64,000 nt of DNA from Octopus vulgaris (taxonomy: Eukaryota), in NCBI GenBank assembly GCA_951406725.2, contig OX597816.1, forward strand, positions 128,092,001 through 128,156,000, read 5' to 3'. Below the pieces are notes generated by a model. The model made no database searches, was not told the origin of the DNA, and saw only the letters and a program-made list of their open reading frames with translations. Each line of letters starts with the position of its first letter. Positions within the stretch are counted from its first letter, which is position 1. Position numbers and translations under genes: made by a program. Shown in pieces: positions 49,010 to 63,053 of this stretch.

Positions 49010-49438
49010 CTTTCCATGCAATATCATTAACTCATTAAATTGTTCACATATCCTTCCCTGTAATGTCATTATCTCATTAAAATGTTAACAAAACTTTCCC
49101 TGTATTGTCATCTTATTAAATTGTTCACAAAACCTTCCATGAAATCTCTTTATCCATTAAACTGTTCACAAAATCCTTCCTGTAATGTCATTATCTCATT
49201 AAAACGTTCCCTGTGATGTCATTACTTCATGAAATTGTTTGCAAATCCTTCCCTCCAATCTCATTATTCCATTAAATTGTCCCCAAAACATCGTCTGCAA
49301 GTTAATTAATGACACAAACCTTGTTCACAAACCTTCCCTGCAATGTTATTATCTTATTAAATTGTTTGCAAATCCTTCCCTGCAATATCATTGTCTCATT
49401 GTCTAGTTCACAAACCTTCCCTGCAATATCATTATCTT
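49010..49438. repeat. Minisatellite, ~41-42 bp unit, about 10-11 diverged copies
   Basis: Approximate consensus ccttccctgcaatatcattatctcattaaattgttcacaaa. Confidence 0.9.
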
Positions 49439-50542
49439 TTCTGTAACATCAGTGTTCTGTTGGTAACCATAATATTAACATTATATCTCAATGGTTAATA
49501 ATTTAAGAAAAAAAAATTGAGGGAAAAAACAATTATAAATCTTCTCTCTCTACTACCGTCATATAAAAGACAATATATTGGATCCAAACCCTAATATGGA
49601 GACTTCTGATAAAAGTGCCTCTATGTTTGTTTCTTCAGGATACAATATTGCAAAAATAAGGATTATTCTACTTTGATAAATAATTCATATTATCTGTTCT
49701 TATCATCAAATATTTTCCAGGCTGTTTTTAGTTTCTGTTATCTATTAATGCATTCCAAATATAAACCCTCCTATTGAAGTTCCATGTTATATATTCTGTC
49801 TCTCCTCTATGCTTTTTTGCTGCACACAACTAATGCATTATATTAAATATAATGTGTTTCAATACTCCAAGCATTTCCAATATTTATTAGCATATTTTGC
49901 AATGCCCATTCTTAATAAAGTGTATAAACTATAAGATATTTCTGCAGTCATTTTCTGTCCACCTCACATTACAATACTGATATATACAATGAGAATTTGT
50001 AATAAAAAAAAAAGGTTGTCAGTTAATTTTCACATGCTATATTTTAGTCTACAGCTTTTTTTAGAGAGACACCTAAATCTGTAAGCATACAATATAAAAT
50101 TTTACTTCCTTGAAACTTAGAGATTCTTTTATAATCAGTATGTATTCCAAATAAAGAACTTTTATTTATATAAAATAACTGACATATCTAAAGTTAATTT
50201 GTTAAATCTTTTCTTTAATTTATTCATTTATTTATTTATTTATCTAACTTAAATAAGTTTCATTGAAAGAAGAATAACTCAATTGAAGGAAGTGATGGTA
50301 GTTTTCAATAAGAAAACAAAAAAGCTAAATTTTTATACATGTATAAGAGACAAAAAGAGTTAATAGTGCTTTTTTTTGTTTAAATTTCAACTAGAGTTGA
50401 ATTTTTCTTTGATTAAATGAAGTTTGGCTTTTGTTGACTTAGGAATTTTATTTGTGATGATGGAATCATTAAAGACCAAAACACAAGGAAAAGTTTGGAT
50501 ATTATTGACCCTAACTAATTAATCATTAGCCAACTGAATATG

Positions 50543-50580
<38 letters not shown>

Positions 50581-50587
50581 ACTGTTA

Positions 50588-51780
50588 AAGGTGGTGAGCT
50601 GGCAGAATCATTAGCATGCTGGATGAAATGCTTAGTGTAATTTCACCCGTTGCTACGTTCTGAGTTCAGATTTGTCGAGGTCAACTTTGCCTTTCATCCT
50701 TTCAGGGTGAATATAATAAGTATCAGTTGAATATTGGGGTCGATGTAAGCGACTCATTTCCACCACCCCACCAAGCTACCCTTGTGGCAAAGATTTGAGA
50801 TAATAATAATAATAATGATAATAATAATAATAATAATTATTATTATTATTGTTGTTAAGGGCGGTGAGCTAACAGAATTGTTAGCGTGCTAGACAAAATG
50901 CTTAGTGGTATTTCACCTGTTGCTATGTTCCGAATCCAAATTCTGCTGAGGTCAACTTTGCTTTCCATCCTTTCGGAGTGGATAAAATAAGTACCAGCCG
51001 AACACTGGAGTTGATGTAATCAACTCATCTCCTCCCCCAAAATTGTTGCCCTTGTGGCAAAATTTGAAACTATTATTATTATTACTAAGCTGGCAGAATT
51101 GTGAGCACTTTGGGCAAAAATACTGCATGACATTTTATCTGTATTTATGTTCTGAGTTCAAATTCTGCCAAGGTTGACTTTGCCTTTCATCCTTTCTGAG
51201 CTGAAAAAAGTAAGTACCAGTTAAGTACTGGGGTCAAAGTATACAACTTATGCCTTCCCCTAAACTTGCTGGCCTTATACAAAAATCTGAAACCATTATT
51301 ATTATTGTTGTTATTATTATTAAAGCAGCGAGCTGGCAGAATCATTAGCATGCTGGACGAAATGCTTAGTGGTATTTCGCCTGTCTTTACATTCTGAGTT
51401 TAAATACTCTTGTGGTCGACTTTGCCTTTCATCCTTTCAGTGTCAATAAATTAAGTACCAGTGAAACACTGGGGTCGATGTAATTGACAATCCCTTCCCC
51501 ACCCAAATTTGAGACCTTATACCTCCAGTAGAAAGGATTATCATTATTATTATTATTATGATTAGGGCAGCAAGCTGACAGAATTATTGACATGCCAGGC
51601 AAAATGCTTAGCAGCATTTTGTCAGTCATTCTGTTCTAAGTTCAAATGTCTCCAAGGCTGACTTTGCCTCTCATCCATTCAGGGTTGATAAAATAAGTAC
51701 CAATTAAGCACTGAGGTAGATTTAACCAACTAACCCCTCCTCTAAAATTTCAAGTCCTGTGTCTAGAGCAGAAAGGATTA
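50588..51780 (+). mobile_element. Head-to-tail cluster of five family B (Meta-domain-like) SINEs separated by (ATT)n
   Basis: Units start near 50588, 50858, 51087, 51323 and 51564. Each has agct..cagaat...gagttcaaat...gactttgcctttcatcctttc.g.gt.gataaaataagtaccag. Confidence 0.92.
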
Positions 51781-51792
51781 TTATTATTGTTA

Positions 51793-52318
51793 TTGAGTGA
51801 GAGAGCAGTGTATACCATCAAAGTGACACTGGAGTAAAATATACAAAGCCCATCATAACTTCCTGTCTGATAAGGGTACACCAGGCACATGCATCACAAG
51901 CATATGTGCACGACATGGTGATCTCATATGAAGATAAACAGTGCATGACCTTGCAGGAGGGGCTCAGAATTTTCTTCAGGTCGAGTAGCCTATTCCAATT
52001 AAAAGGTCATTGAATAATGGTTTAAGGATGTTGAACGAAACTCCCATGTTTCCAGAGGTGAATTATCCAAACCACAAAGAATTCCTTTCAACACATTGCT
52101 GTGATGCTCCCCTACTACTTCTGCTCATGATCAGTGACACACATAGTTTCAGCTACTAAGAAACATGCCCAACTGGTTGAGGTCAAACAACTGACAAGCA
52201 AATCTGTGGTATTGAGCAGAATATTTGCTATAACCCATCTTTTATACCAAGAGAAAACATGTACATGATAACACTTCCGATCAGTTAAGATCAGGAACCA
52301 TGAGAGCTACTGCCTGGT
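51793..52318 (-). mobile_element. Second copy of the (AAT)n-tailed retroelement 3' end
   Basis: Reverse complement of 40048-40503, bounded by (att)n tracts. Confidence 0.8.
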
Positions 52319-54887
52319 ATATTATTATTATTATCATTATTATCATTATCATCACAATCATTATTTGATACTCATAGTCTGAAGCTGTTGATTTTCTTCG
52401 CTTTACTAAATGCAATTTAATCAAGCACTACTAAATGGAATTTTCTTTGGAGATGAAAGCTTGTCTTTGATACTTAGGGATATACAACAACAAAAACAGG
52501 GTTTATATTAGAAACTTCTAAAATTTTATTTACACACATTACATTTTCACATCCAAAATGACAACCAAACATACCAACATGCAACCCAATTAATCACTGG
52601 AAAAAAACCCAGCAAAAAACACAGAGTCAAAAACGTACAAGAAGATGGAGAAAAGCCATAGCTTACAAGTAGTAATCAATTAATAGAAAAAAATGCCTCA
52701 AATACCGAAATGAATAATTCTAAAGATAGTGACAGAAGTAACAACAGCAGTATCAATGATTACATAGAGTCAAATACTGTGATCTGTTCATACATAATTG
52801 GAGTTTTTAGACCTATTTCAGTTGCAAGAAAAATATGTAGGTGGAAGATTTTATAAAACCAAAAGGCGATAATCTAGGAGGAATCATAGAGAGAAATTAT
52901 ATATCTCTACTTATAAAAGGAGAGAAGCAAGCTAAATTTCTCCTCATATCAAGTAATACATGCTCTCCAAGAAAAACCAGGAGAAATTCTCTCTACTGAA
53001 AAATGACCAAGATTATTGCTCTATCTGCCATAACCTCAAAACTGAAGACTAAGCTAAACTATAAATGAAATTGTCAGACATGTATCTGATTATATATTTG
53101 TGTCTCAACATATTACTTAAAAAACACAAGTCATAATAAGAAACATTATGAAAGATGACTAATTATCACTTTTGTATTGTTGTAAGGAAGAGTGGTCAAA
53201 ACAAGGATAATAAAAGATGAAACATGGTCAAAGGATATCCACATGAATTTGCAAGTCCTAATGATTCTTGGAGGCCATAAAACTATTTTGGAATTGTTCC
53301 TAGTAGAAGGTACTGAGAAAAAGAATGCAAGATTAATGATACAGAGTAGAAAGGTTCATTGCTCTATTTATTTTTTTTAAAGCACATCTTAGAGCTGAAT
53401 GCCCCAAAAAAGTGGAAAGAAGAAAAAAAAAGAAAAATGCAACTTATGAGGTTGCATCAGCAAAATGAACTACAAACTCCTGTTTTCAGAGCACTATATG
53501 CCAAACCTCTGAGAATGGCAAGTGAAATGTTTTTATGCCCATTATTAGAAACAGAAGAACATGAACACCTTACCTCTAACAGTACCAAGCTGTAGTACCA
53601 CATCGAGTACCACATTATCATCATGCAGGGGAAACCTACAAATGGTTGGTGAAAGCACAAAAGGGAAAAGAAGAAATTACAAAAAAGAAAAATCAGCATA
53701 AAATATGGGAGATGTTTGTGGTGTGAAGGAATGATTTCTTCAAAACAACAATGAAACTCCTACTTAGGAAAACAATTAATGAAGAGAATGAATATGAACT
53801 AAGATTCACCATTTTTCAAAAATCACATCACTCATACTTGCAAATATATATATAAAGAAAAACAATAAAATTAAATTGAAGTGGCTCAGGATTTCAACAT
53901 GGTAACAATTATCAATAAAAGTAAAATATATAGAAAAGAACCAAATGACTCAAAGATGAGCAAAATTTTCATAGTATTTTGATTTTACAGAATGCCTCTC
54001 ATACATTGAGAATTGAATGCACTTAAATACACACACACACACATCAGGTGTTGAGTAATTAAAAGAAAGCTGACCATAGAACGTAATCCTATTGTGCTGC
54101 ATTTTAATCACTTGAAGTTATTAAAATTTGTAGGTTTTTAATTAATCTTAAGCTGAAAGTTTTAGAACAAAAAGGACTTTGTCATTTCAAAACTCCAAAT
54201 CAAATTCCAAGTAGCAAAACAAATCTTTAAAGTTATGGACAATCTTTAACAGAAGCAGTATCTGATGTAGAGAAAAATTAAGTAAGCAATTTGAAATAGG
54301 TCTACAGTGAAAGTTCTTTTGGTGATCTTCACAACAGATCAGGGAAATGAGATGGCCAGAAGGTTCTGAGTTCAATCTCTACTAAAGATGGCTTTTCAAA
54401 AACAGCAGGAGGGCACCTAAAAATTATGACCTAGATGTGTCCCCAACTCTCTCATAGCATCAGAAACCAACTGGTTGAGAAACTTTCTTGGTGCAAGTTC
54501 TTTTGAAGATTTTTTCATGCTGTCAGCTTACACTTACACTTGGTACAAATTCTCTTAAACATGAAATTAGATCCATATACTTTGATATCAATATACTTAG
54601 AAAAATATTATGATGCATTAGAGTGTTTCAAGGTCTTTGGAACAGCTGAATGCCAGAAATCTTGTGACTAAGTTATAGTTTAGTTAACTCCTATTTTTTT
54701 TTATGAACATATGAATATAAGCAAGGTCTATGATTGGAGATTACTCAGAATATTGACGCCTGAAATATTGAGATCATCATCATCATCATCGTTTAACGTC
54801 CGTTCTAAAATTTAATATTTGAAGTAGAATCTCAGCTTGGTTTAAGCTAGAAACATTTAGGTAAAGAATTGTGACTAGCAATTAAAT

Positions 54888-55098
54888 ATTGGTTTCAGGT
54901 TTTGGCACACGGCCAGAAATTTGGGGGGAGGGGATGAGTTGATTATATTGACACCAATACTCAACTGGTACTTAATTTTTCTGCCCTAGAAGGATGCAAA
55001 AGTCAATCTTGGAATTTAAACTCAGAATGTAAAAATGGATGAAATGCCACTGAGCATTTTTCCCAGTGTGTTAATGTGTCTGCCAGGTCACCACCTTA
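54888..55098 (-). mobile_element. SINE family B with apparent target-site duplication
   Basis: Reverse complement of the family B unit; actagcaattaaatattg occurs on both sides (~54874 and ~55099). Confidence 0.85.
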
Positions 55099-55939
55099 AC
55101 TAGCAATTAAATATTGATTACTTATTTATTACAAGAAAAGAAATGGGGATAATTCAAGATCAAAAGAAAGTTCAGGTATAATCCGTTGACAATATGTTCA
55201 AAGGAAAAAAGAAATTAATCCTGATTAATTGTAAGTAGATTTTTTGATTTACTGAAACACAAAAACATCAGCTTCCATAAGAATATTTAGAGCCAACAAG
55301 GATATCACTATATAGTTTTGACCTGCTTAAAATAGCAACCAAATCACTATCAACTCATATGTCTTAAAAAAACAAGAAAAATGCATTGGATGATATATAG
55401 TCTCATAAATGTTGTTGGAAAAGAAAAATGAATAATTAAATAAATAAAATGGACACAGTAGAATGCTTTCAATCATAGGTTTGCTTGATCTAAGCTTACC
55501 TGGAGCCAAACGACCAACCATAAAAAAAATTTGAGATATTAACTACCTATTCTTAGCTTTATAACAATATTCTTACTTATAGATCACATATTCATAGACT
55601 TTAGAGTCTAAAAGACTAAGGATTACAAGTGATATTGCATCAACAGTATATACTTGTCTCCATATATCTTTGAAATAACTTTACACATTGTAAAAAGAAA
55701 AAATACCTTAAACAAGTCAGTGTCATATCTTATTGGGGTGATGATCGTGGTGGTGGAGCAGAATAGCTGAAGATAACTAAAACTGATGAGTTGTATGACC
55801 AAAGACTGTATGTGTGTGTGAACACAGTTCAGAGGTTACCTGTACATGGTAGAGCTCAGGAAGTAAAATTATTAAAAGTGCAAATTGTTGTACCTTGAAT
55901 TCCACATTATCTTCTTATATATGCAGTTTGTGTGGTATG

Positions 55940-56446
55940 AAGGGATGGAGGAGAAAGGGGGAGAGCGAAGGAAAGATGATGAATGAAAGTGAGGAAAGGA
56001 GACGGAAGGGGAAACAAAGAAGAGTAATAAGAATGAGGAAGAGATAAATATGTAAGAAGAGGAGGAAGGGGTGAGAAGAAAGAGGAGGGAGAGGGGAGGA
56101 GCAGGAAGAGGAGGTGAGGAGCAGTAAGGAGGAAGGAAGAAGATGAGGGGATGTGGAAGAGGAGGGGTGGCAGAAGAGGGGAGGAAGATGAAGAGGGAGA
56201 GGAGGATGAATAGGGGAGGATGATGAATAGGGGGAGGAGAATGAAGAGTGGAAGGAGGAGGCAGAGGGGAAGAAGTGGAGGAGGGAAGAAGTGGAGGAGG
56301 GAAGCAGGAAGAAGAAAGGGAGGAGATGAGGAAAAGAAGGAAAAAGAAGGTAAAGAAAATGGAAAAGAAAGAAAAGAAAAAGAAGGGAGAGGAGGAGAAG
56401 GAGGAAATGAAAATGAAGAAGAAACTGTAAGAGAAAGAAAAGAGTA
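55940..56446 (+). repeat. Polypurine (GA-rich) low-complexity tract
   Basis: About 500 bp of almost only G/A (gag/gaa/gga repeats). Confidence 0.95.
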
Positions 56447-58237
56447 AGTTAATGACAGAAGATAATTAATTAACTAATTGTTATGGTTCTGCACAGCAGT
56501 GGAAATGGTTTGCTAGAACCAATAAAACAAGTGAAGAATTAAGACAGATGAAGAATTAAAAATGAATAATTAAAATAGGAAGAAAATTTAGGCAAAGATG
56601 GCTTGTAATTATTGGGTGTGTTTAAATTAAGCTTAAGGTAACAACATGGGTTAAAAACTGCTTTTTGTGACCTGAGAGGAATTTAAGATGCAAAAAATTC
56701 GAAAGCTCAATTCAATATATATACAGGAAAACATCAACGTGTTAAGTGCAATGATCAAAACAGGCAACTAAATTAAGAGTAACTCATTAGTTATATAGTA
56801 TCTTTTCCTGCTTATTATAGTACCTCTTGATTAACAATAACTTTGGTGTTGTACTGATGATAAGATATCATCTTCTGACTCTAAGAGGTCAGACCCTAGA
56901 AAGTCAAAGAAACTTAGGTATTTTATATTCTATTTATGAATATATAAACTTGTAAAATAATTAAACTCATCTGCCACGTCAATGATCTCTTTTATGTAGT
57001 TTTCAAACTAGTCTAAAAAGTTAACAATTGTGTCAATCATCATTATCATCAATATCAACATTTCCATAGTTTGCATGGGTGAGACAAACTTCAGAGGACG
57101 GATTTTTCTTGGGCTGGATACTCATCCTATCACCAGCTCTCACATGTTTTGAAAGAAGGTAATATTAACAGTCCAGACATGTTTTTGCACAGTATTGTAA
57201 ATAAATGACACTGCTTGTATGAGTCTGTCTGTCTGTCTGTCTAGCTATATATTAGGTCCTCGAATACCTATCTCTACAAAAAGGCATTGTTTCTTCTGTC
57301 TTTCCTGAAGAAAGCATCTTCACTGTTCACTTCCTAGAGAACTGTCATCTCTGTCATCTTTACCACCTTCCTTTCTTTGCACCACATGCGAAGTTCAGGT
57401 TGTTTGGTCATAAAAAATGGGAAGTGAGATTTACTTAAAATCTTTTTTTTTATGAAACTGAATGCAAATTATCACTTACTTTACTGGCAATTTTTAAAAA
57501 TATATATGTATCACTAAAGAATTTTATTTTTGGTCTCTCTATGTATGTATCTTCTATTTTTTAATTATTATAAATCTTCTACTGGGGAAGAGCTGGTTTT
57601 CAACAAAGATACAAGGCTCCATCTTTGGGATGTAGTTAACACAGACAAATTTACATTTGGAATCTGAGAAAAGTTTTGCATATTTCTACTGTTCCACTCA
57701 CAAATTGCACTTGTACAACTTAGCCAGTCAGTTTCTCTTTCTGAAAATCCCAGTTAATCCAGATTTTTCTTTAAGCATTTACTATCAAAACCTAGTGCTC
57801 CAATTATCATTGGTATGAATATGAATCCATAGTCTGGATACAGAAGCAGTTGTACATAGATATCCTCTTTGTATGTATGTAGGTATGTATGTGTTAATGC
57901 CAGGTCAATTTTAGAAAATTCTTAGTTCTTGAGATTATCCCCCCTTCTTATTTTGGAATTGATCCCAGAAGCACAAACTGATTGCTTCAGGTTTCCTAGA
58001 AGATAATGTCAAGAAATTATCATGAACAGTGCTTAATATACCCTTGTTCATTTGTTGTTCAAATTCCTGCAGCTGGCCACTTTGACTGACTTTCTTAGCA
58101 CATTTTCCTTTCATGTATGCATGCATGTCATTATTCAGTTTATTTCAAGATTTCTTGCCAATAGAGAAAGAACTGGTTTCTAACCTAGATCCAAGGTTTC
58201 TTCATTGAAATTTCAACATCGGCAACAGAGAGAGAGA

Positions 58238-58276
<39 letters not shown>

Positions 58277-58296
58277 TGTATGTATGTATGTATGTA

Positions 58297-58818
58297 CAAG
58301 GCCTGATCAAAAATATCAGAACTGGTTCTATAAAAAGAAAACTACAACACATCCATTCAGCATTTAATCTCCTTTGAAGTAGTCCCCTTCTGAAGCCTCA
58401 CACTTTAGCCAGGATCGTTTCCATTGACAGAAACATTCCTGGAACTTTCTTTGGAGATAGTATGCAGCTGCCTCATCATGTTCTCTTGGATTTCTTTGAT
58501 GTTTCGAAATCTTGTTTCTTTTTAATTCTTGGGATTTAATCATTGCCTTGGTTTCGGGGTTATAGCCATAGTCCCCCAATTCATCCCATTTTCAAAAAGT
58601 TTCCATTTTTATCAACATAATCAAAGAGATCCTGTACAGCTGAAACCCAAGCTTCTTTTTGAGAAGACCACATTCTACACACTACTCTCAAGCACTGTTA
58701 TAGATTAATGAGCATGCATAAGAGAGTTCAAGGTCGATGTGTGCCAAGCAGCTCCATTATGTGTACTTTAGATTTGTTACTGTAGCAACAGCCCCAATAC
58801 TTTTGGATCAGACTTTGG
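58297..58818 (-). mobile_element. Internally deleted mariner element
   Basis: TIR-like ends caaggcctgatcaaaaatat / atacttttggatcagactttg. ORF 58364..58579 ends FQECFCQWKRSWLKCEASEGDYFKGD, a mariner C-terminus. Confidence 0.8.
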
Positions 58819-59501
58819 ATACGTATGTGTGTGTATCACCAGTGGATCATATATCCAAAAACGAAGCACACACACGCACGTACACACAAATGCACACACA
58901 CACACATATATACATATAGGGATGGTTGGATAGATAAAAAAGACAAAGAAAGATGAATAAACAGATAGATAGATACATAAACAGACAGACAGGCTGACAA
59001 ACAGACAGTTTTATTAATTATGCATTCATTTTCTTATACTGAATTATCTATTTACGTTTTGGTGGAAAAAAAAAACAAAAAAAAAAACAATGTTTCCCTT
59101 CTTAAAAGTTTAAACAGACATCAGCACCTTTTTCCTATCTTGATCTAAAGCTGTTGCTAATCAATAATTAGACAAATTTCAAGTCTTCTCAAGATATTTT
59201 TTCAGATCTCAAGGTAAAATATCATTTAATAATCAAAAGAAAAATTCCTGAGTTATCTTACATTTTATTTTCTTTTCTAGCTGGCATTATTTTAATGATT
59301 TAAAAAATTTTTGTACTTCATTTTTTTTTACAGTACTTTTGTATCTCGGTTGATTTCCTTGTTTATAATCATTAAGCTTCAGAGATAAAAATAAAAAGAA
59401 TGCAAAATAATATAATTTTGGATTCTACCTGGATACACAGAATGGCAGTTTTATCTGGCAATTGTGTAGAAAATTGATGAAAACATCCAGCAGATGTGAA
59501 T

Positions 59502-59532
<31 letters not shown>

Positions 59533-60909
59533 TCTAAGATTTTAAACAAAGGCTTTAAGATATGGGATTATGGCTAAAAAAGAAATGCTTTTATCTCAAA
59601 CAATCTGAATGTATCAAAATGGTTTTGTGGCAAAGTAGGATGGATGCCTGAATGGATAAAGTAATGAATGTGTAGATTAGATGTTCTTATCTACTGTATT
59701 TCAGTGACAGCGGTAGGAGATTTAATAATCAGTACTTCACCTCTCTTTTGGAAATAAGAGTAAGTTAGTCTGGAAATGTTAATTGTGACATAGTAACATT
59801 GGGGTTGGAGGGGGGGGGAGAAAGAGAGACAGTCAGACATATAGACAGATAGTGCCACATTAGAAACTTATTACCTGCATCTAGCATAAATCACTGGAAG
59901 TCATTCATTAATCTGCTGAAATAGGTAAGGTAAAATAGAACACCTGTTCTCTCTATTGCTAAGCAAGATTTAAAAAGTAAGATCAGGTGATAATTTGATG
60001 AATATATAATCTAAGTCTTACTTTATATGGTGGTGGTGATGGTGGTGGTGGTTACATCATTATAATCACATAGGGCTGAACTGACAAATAATTGGCCCAA
60101 GAATTGCCATGGCTTAGTGCTCAATGAGGCAGACTAAGTAGATTGTTACAACTATTCTCCTTACAGAGTCTTTTTAATTAGTTTAGAAATGATATTCAAG
60201 CTTGTAGGATTGATAATGACCAAAATAAAAGAGAGTAGGTGATCATGAGATAATTTAATCCTTTAAATGAATCATACAGATCATTGGTGCTGTTTCATAA
60301 TGCTAATTTCGGTAGTATTATGCAGATGAAGATACTAATCTATTACAAGCATTTTCTCCCAGAAATTCTGGTACCAATTCCCCTAAACTAGAATATAATG
60401 GCTTTCCTTTAAATACTTTGAAATCTCAGCAGATTTTGAACTCACAAGCCATATGTTTGTTGTAGAATGTCTTATCAACATAACTTTTCTGTATAGGTGA
60501 TCATGACCCATTAGGAAATGCATGAATGGAATTTAGCAAAAATTCATTTGGAAAATGACCAAAAGTTTTGGCAGTAGTATGGGAGTGATGAATTTTTTTT
60601 ATCATTCTTTTATATTTCCATCTGGATCCTCAAAAGACACTGATATCTCTTGCTTTAGATTGTTTGCCAACATATATGAAAATACATAGTAATAAAAGTG
60701 ATTTTTTTTTTAGAAATACTTCAAACATTGGCAGAACCTAGCTTTGTTGGCACTTACTATAATAAAATATCTTGGTGACTTCATTTTACAGTCATGATAT
60801 AACATAATGATTTTTCAATCGATAGTCTCAATCTGGTATGATATTTTAGGTGCAGTTTTGGTGCTACAAACTGTGATTTTTATACACAGTTCTCTTCTAC
60901 TGCTGTTTA

Positions 60910-61904
60910 TCTCTCTCTATATAAAACTGAGAATGTGTGTCTGTCTGTCTGTGTGTTTCCCTAAAACTTGAGAACTACACAACCAATTTCATTCAAATTT
61001 TACACATGCCTTACTTAGGGTCCATGTAGTTTCATGGGCAAAACAAAATGTTCAACTTCTTGCCTAGGGCGAGCCCATAGCAATATCATATCTTCTCTAC
61101 TATTTCAGTATTACGTGTTAAAAGTGAAACAAAAACATTTCTCTATTTTATGTCAGATACTTTCACTTAAACAATAAAAATTAGAGATAATAATAACAAT
61201 TGAATTATATGTAGTAATTAATAATGAATTTTGCTGCAGCCGTCGGCGGGTGCAAACTCATTAAAATTAAAATGGAAGAAATACAAACCTATTTCGGATT
61301 GATCACCGACAAAGATGGTGAATCTAGGATAACACTACCAAATGAAATAAAAAATCAAATTAAAGAAAAGACTATTGTCTATAAAGTATACAATGTAGAG
61401 AAAAAAAAAGATTTGAACACCTGGAAGAAAGCAACATCGAAAAGTGTCTTGGTGCGACTATGAAAGATATCAAACCAGAGGCGGTAAATTTGCCACAATA
61501 GCAGTAAGGTTCGAGTCAACGGAGCGTGCAAGGGAGTACTCGACTCGAACCTTGCAAAGTGGAAATATTTTATTTTTACCTTTATATCTGGGATGTAGGG
61601 CATCCCGTATAAAAATTTAAAATGCCTCCCCAGAAGTAGAGGTAGGCTGGATGGTAGCCACACTTCTATACAAGAGGGAGGACAAGATACAATTGATCGA
61701 AATTGTAAGAGACAGGCCTACAATTCCAGTCTGTTATATATTTTGAGTATTGTTATCCCTAGCGATATCAAGATATAACTTTGTATTTTGTATTTTATGT
61801 GTAGATGTATATATATAGATGTACATGTAATATGTACACATACATTTACACATATATACATGCACTATATATTATGACCCGGCAATGACGGGTCATAATG
61901 CTAG
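60910..61904 (+). mobile_element. Non-autonomous Helitron with internal captured coding fragment
   Basis: Starts A|TCtctctctatataaa; ends with hairpin attatgaccc-ggcaatgac-gggtcataat then gCTAG|T. Confidence 0.9.
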
Positions 61905-63001
61905 TTGTAAATATAGTTCAAATTAAGTATCGATGCAAACTTAGTTAACCAATGTGTTGATCTACAAGTGTCTAACATAATTTTCATGTTTATGTGTTAC
62001 CAAATCAATTCTACAATGCTTTTCAATTTATTAAACTAAATGAATAAATAAAGTTGTCTAAATTCCCACAAAAACGTTTGGCTAATAGAACCTGACAGAG
62101 TTACAGACAGTTTCAAATAATAATAATAGAAAGTCTATAGGTCTTAGTTAATGAAGTGACATTCACAGCAGTTAAAGGATAGGTTAAATCCCAGTAATTA
62201 ACTAGGATTCCACTTGATTCCTTACGCAGGTATCTATAAGCAAATGGAAACTAAATGGTTATGAAATCATATGACTGAGTTGCTGTCTGGCCGACACCTT
62301 AATATAATTCTTCCAAGAGATGACAGACTCACCTTATTTGAGAAATAAATTTCTGAAATGAAATGCATCCTGAATATCTACAATAAAATATGACTAGATT
62401 TCAGAAAACTCAAATGTTTTACTTTCAGTGCAGTTGCTTGAGTTTGTGTTTGTGTGTTGTTTGTATGTGCATAAGATAATACTATTCTGAGGTCCAGTTT
62501 CTGAAAAGGATTTCATTATAAACACATGTTATTTTGTTTAACATTATCATTATGACAGAAAACACTCATAGCCTGACCAACAACTGACCTTACAATTCAA
62601 TACTGAAGTATTAACTCACCAAAAAACAGTGCATCAGTCAGTCAACGTTCTGCTCAGTCTTGACAGTCTATGGCTTTTCATCAAACACAAGAATGTTGCA
62701 TATTGCTTTCTGTACATCAAATATCTTTTCCATGAATACTGAAAAACATTAGGATTTGTATTAATGAAAGCTGTTTTCTGATTAATACTGAAATTAGGAT
62801 GAAATATTCTTCCAAATGATCTTATCTCAAATCACTCTTGCATCTAAAGCAACATTTATTAAAGTTTTGGGGTTCAGTTAACTGGCTATAACCTTTTTTT
62901 TATAAAATGTGGTTTTTGTACATATGTAAGACAGTAATCATTGTTAAAGAATGTTAGTTTGATTGGGGACATATTTGCTATAATCTATTTCTATCACCAC
63001 C

Positions 63002-63053
<52 letters not shown>

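Noticed and set aside
49010-49438. CRISPR-like array
   Set aside because: The units are contiguous diverged tandem repeats with no unique spacers, there are no cas genes, and the context is eukaryotic.
52900-53750. Possible very old RTE fragment; likewise LINE-like traces at ~44540-45020 and ~45600-46750
   Set aside because: Too degraded to confirm any motif by eye.
56220-56447. Lys/Glu/Arg/Gly-rich ORFs
   Set aside because: By-product of the polypurine tract; no splice or domain evidence.
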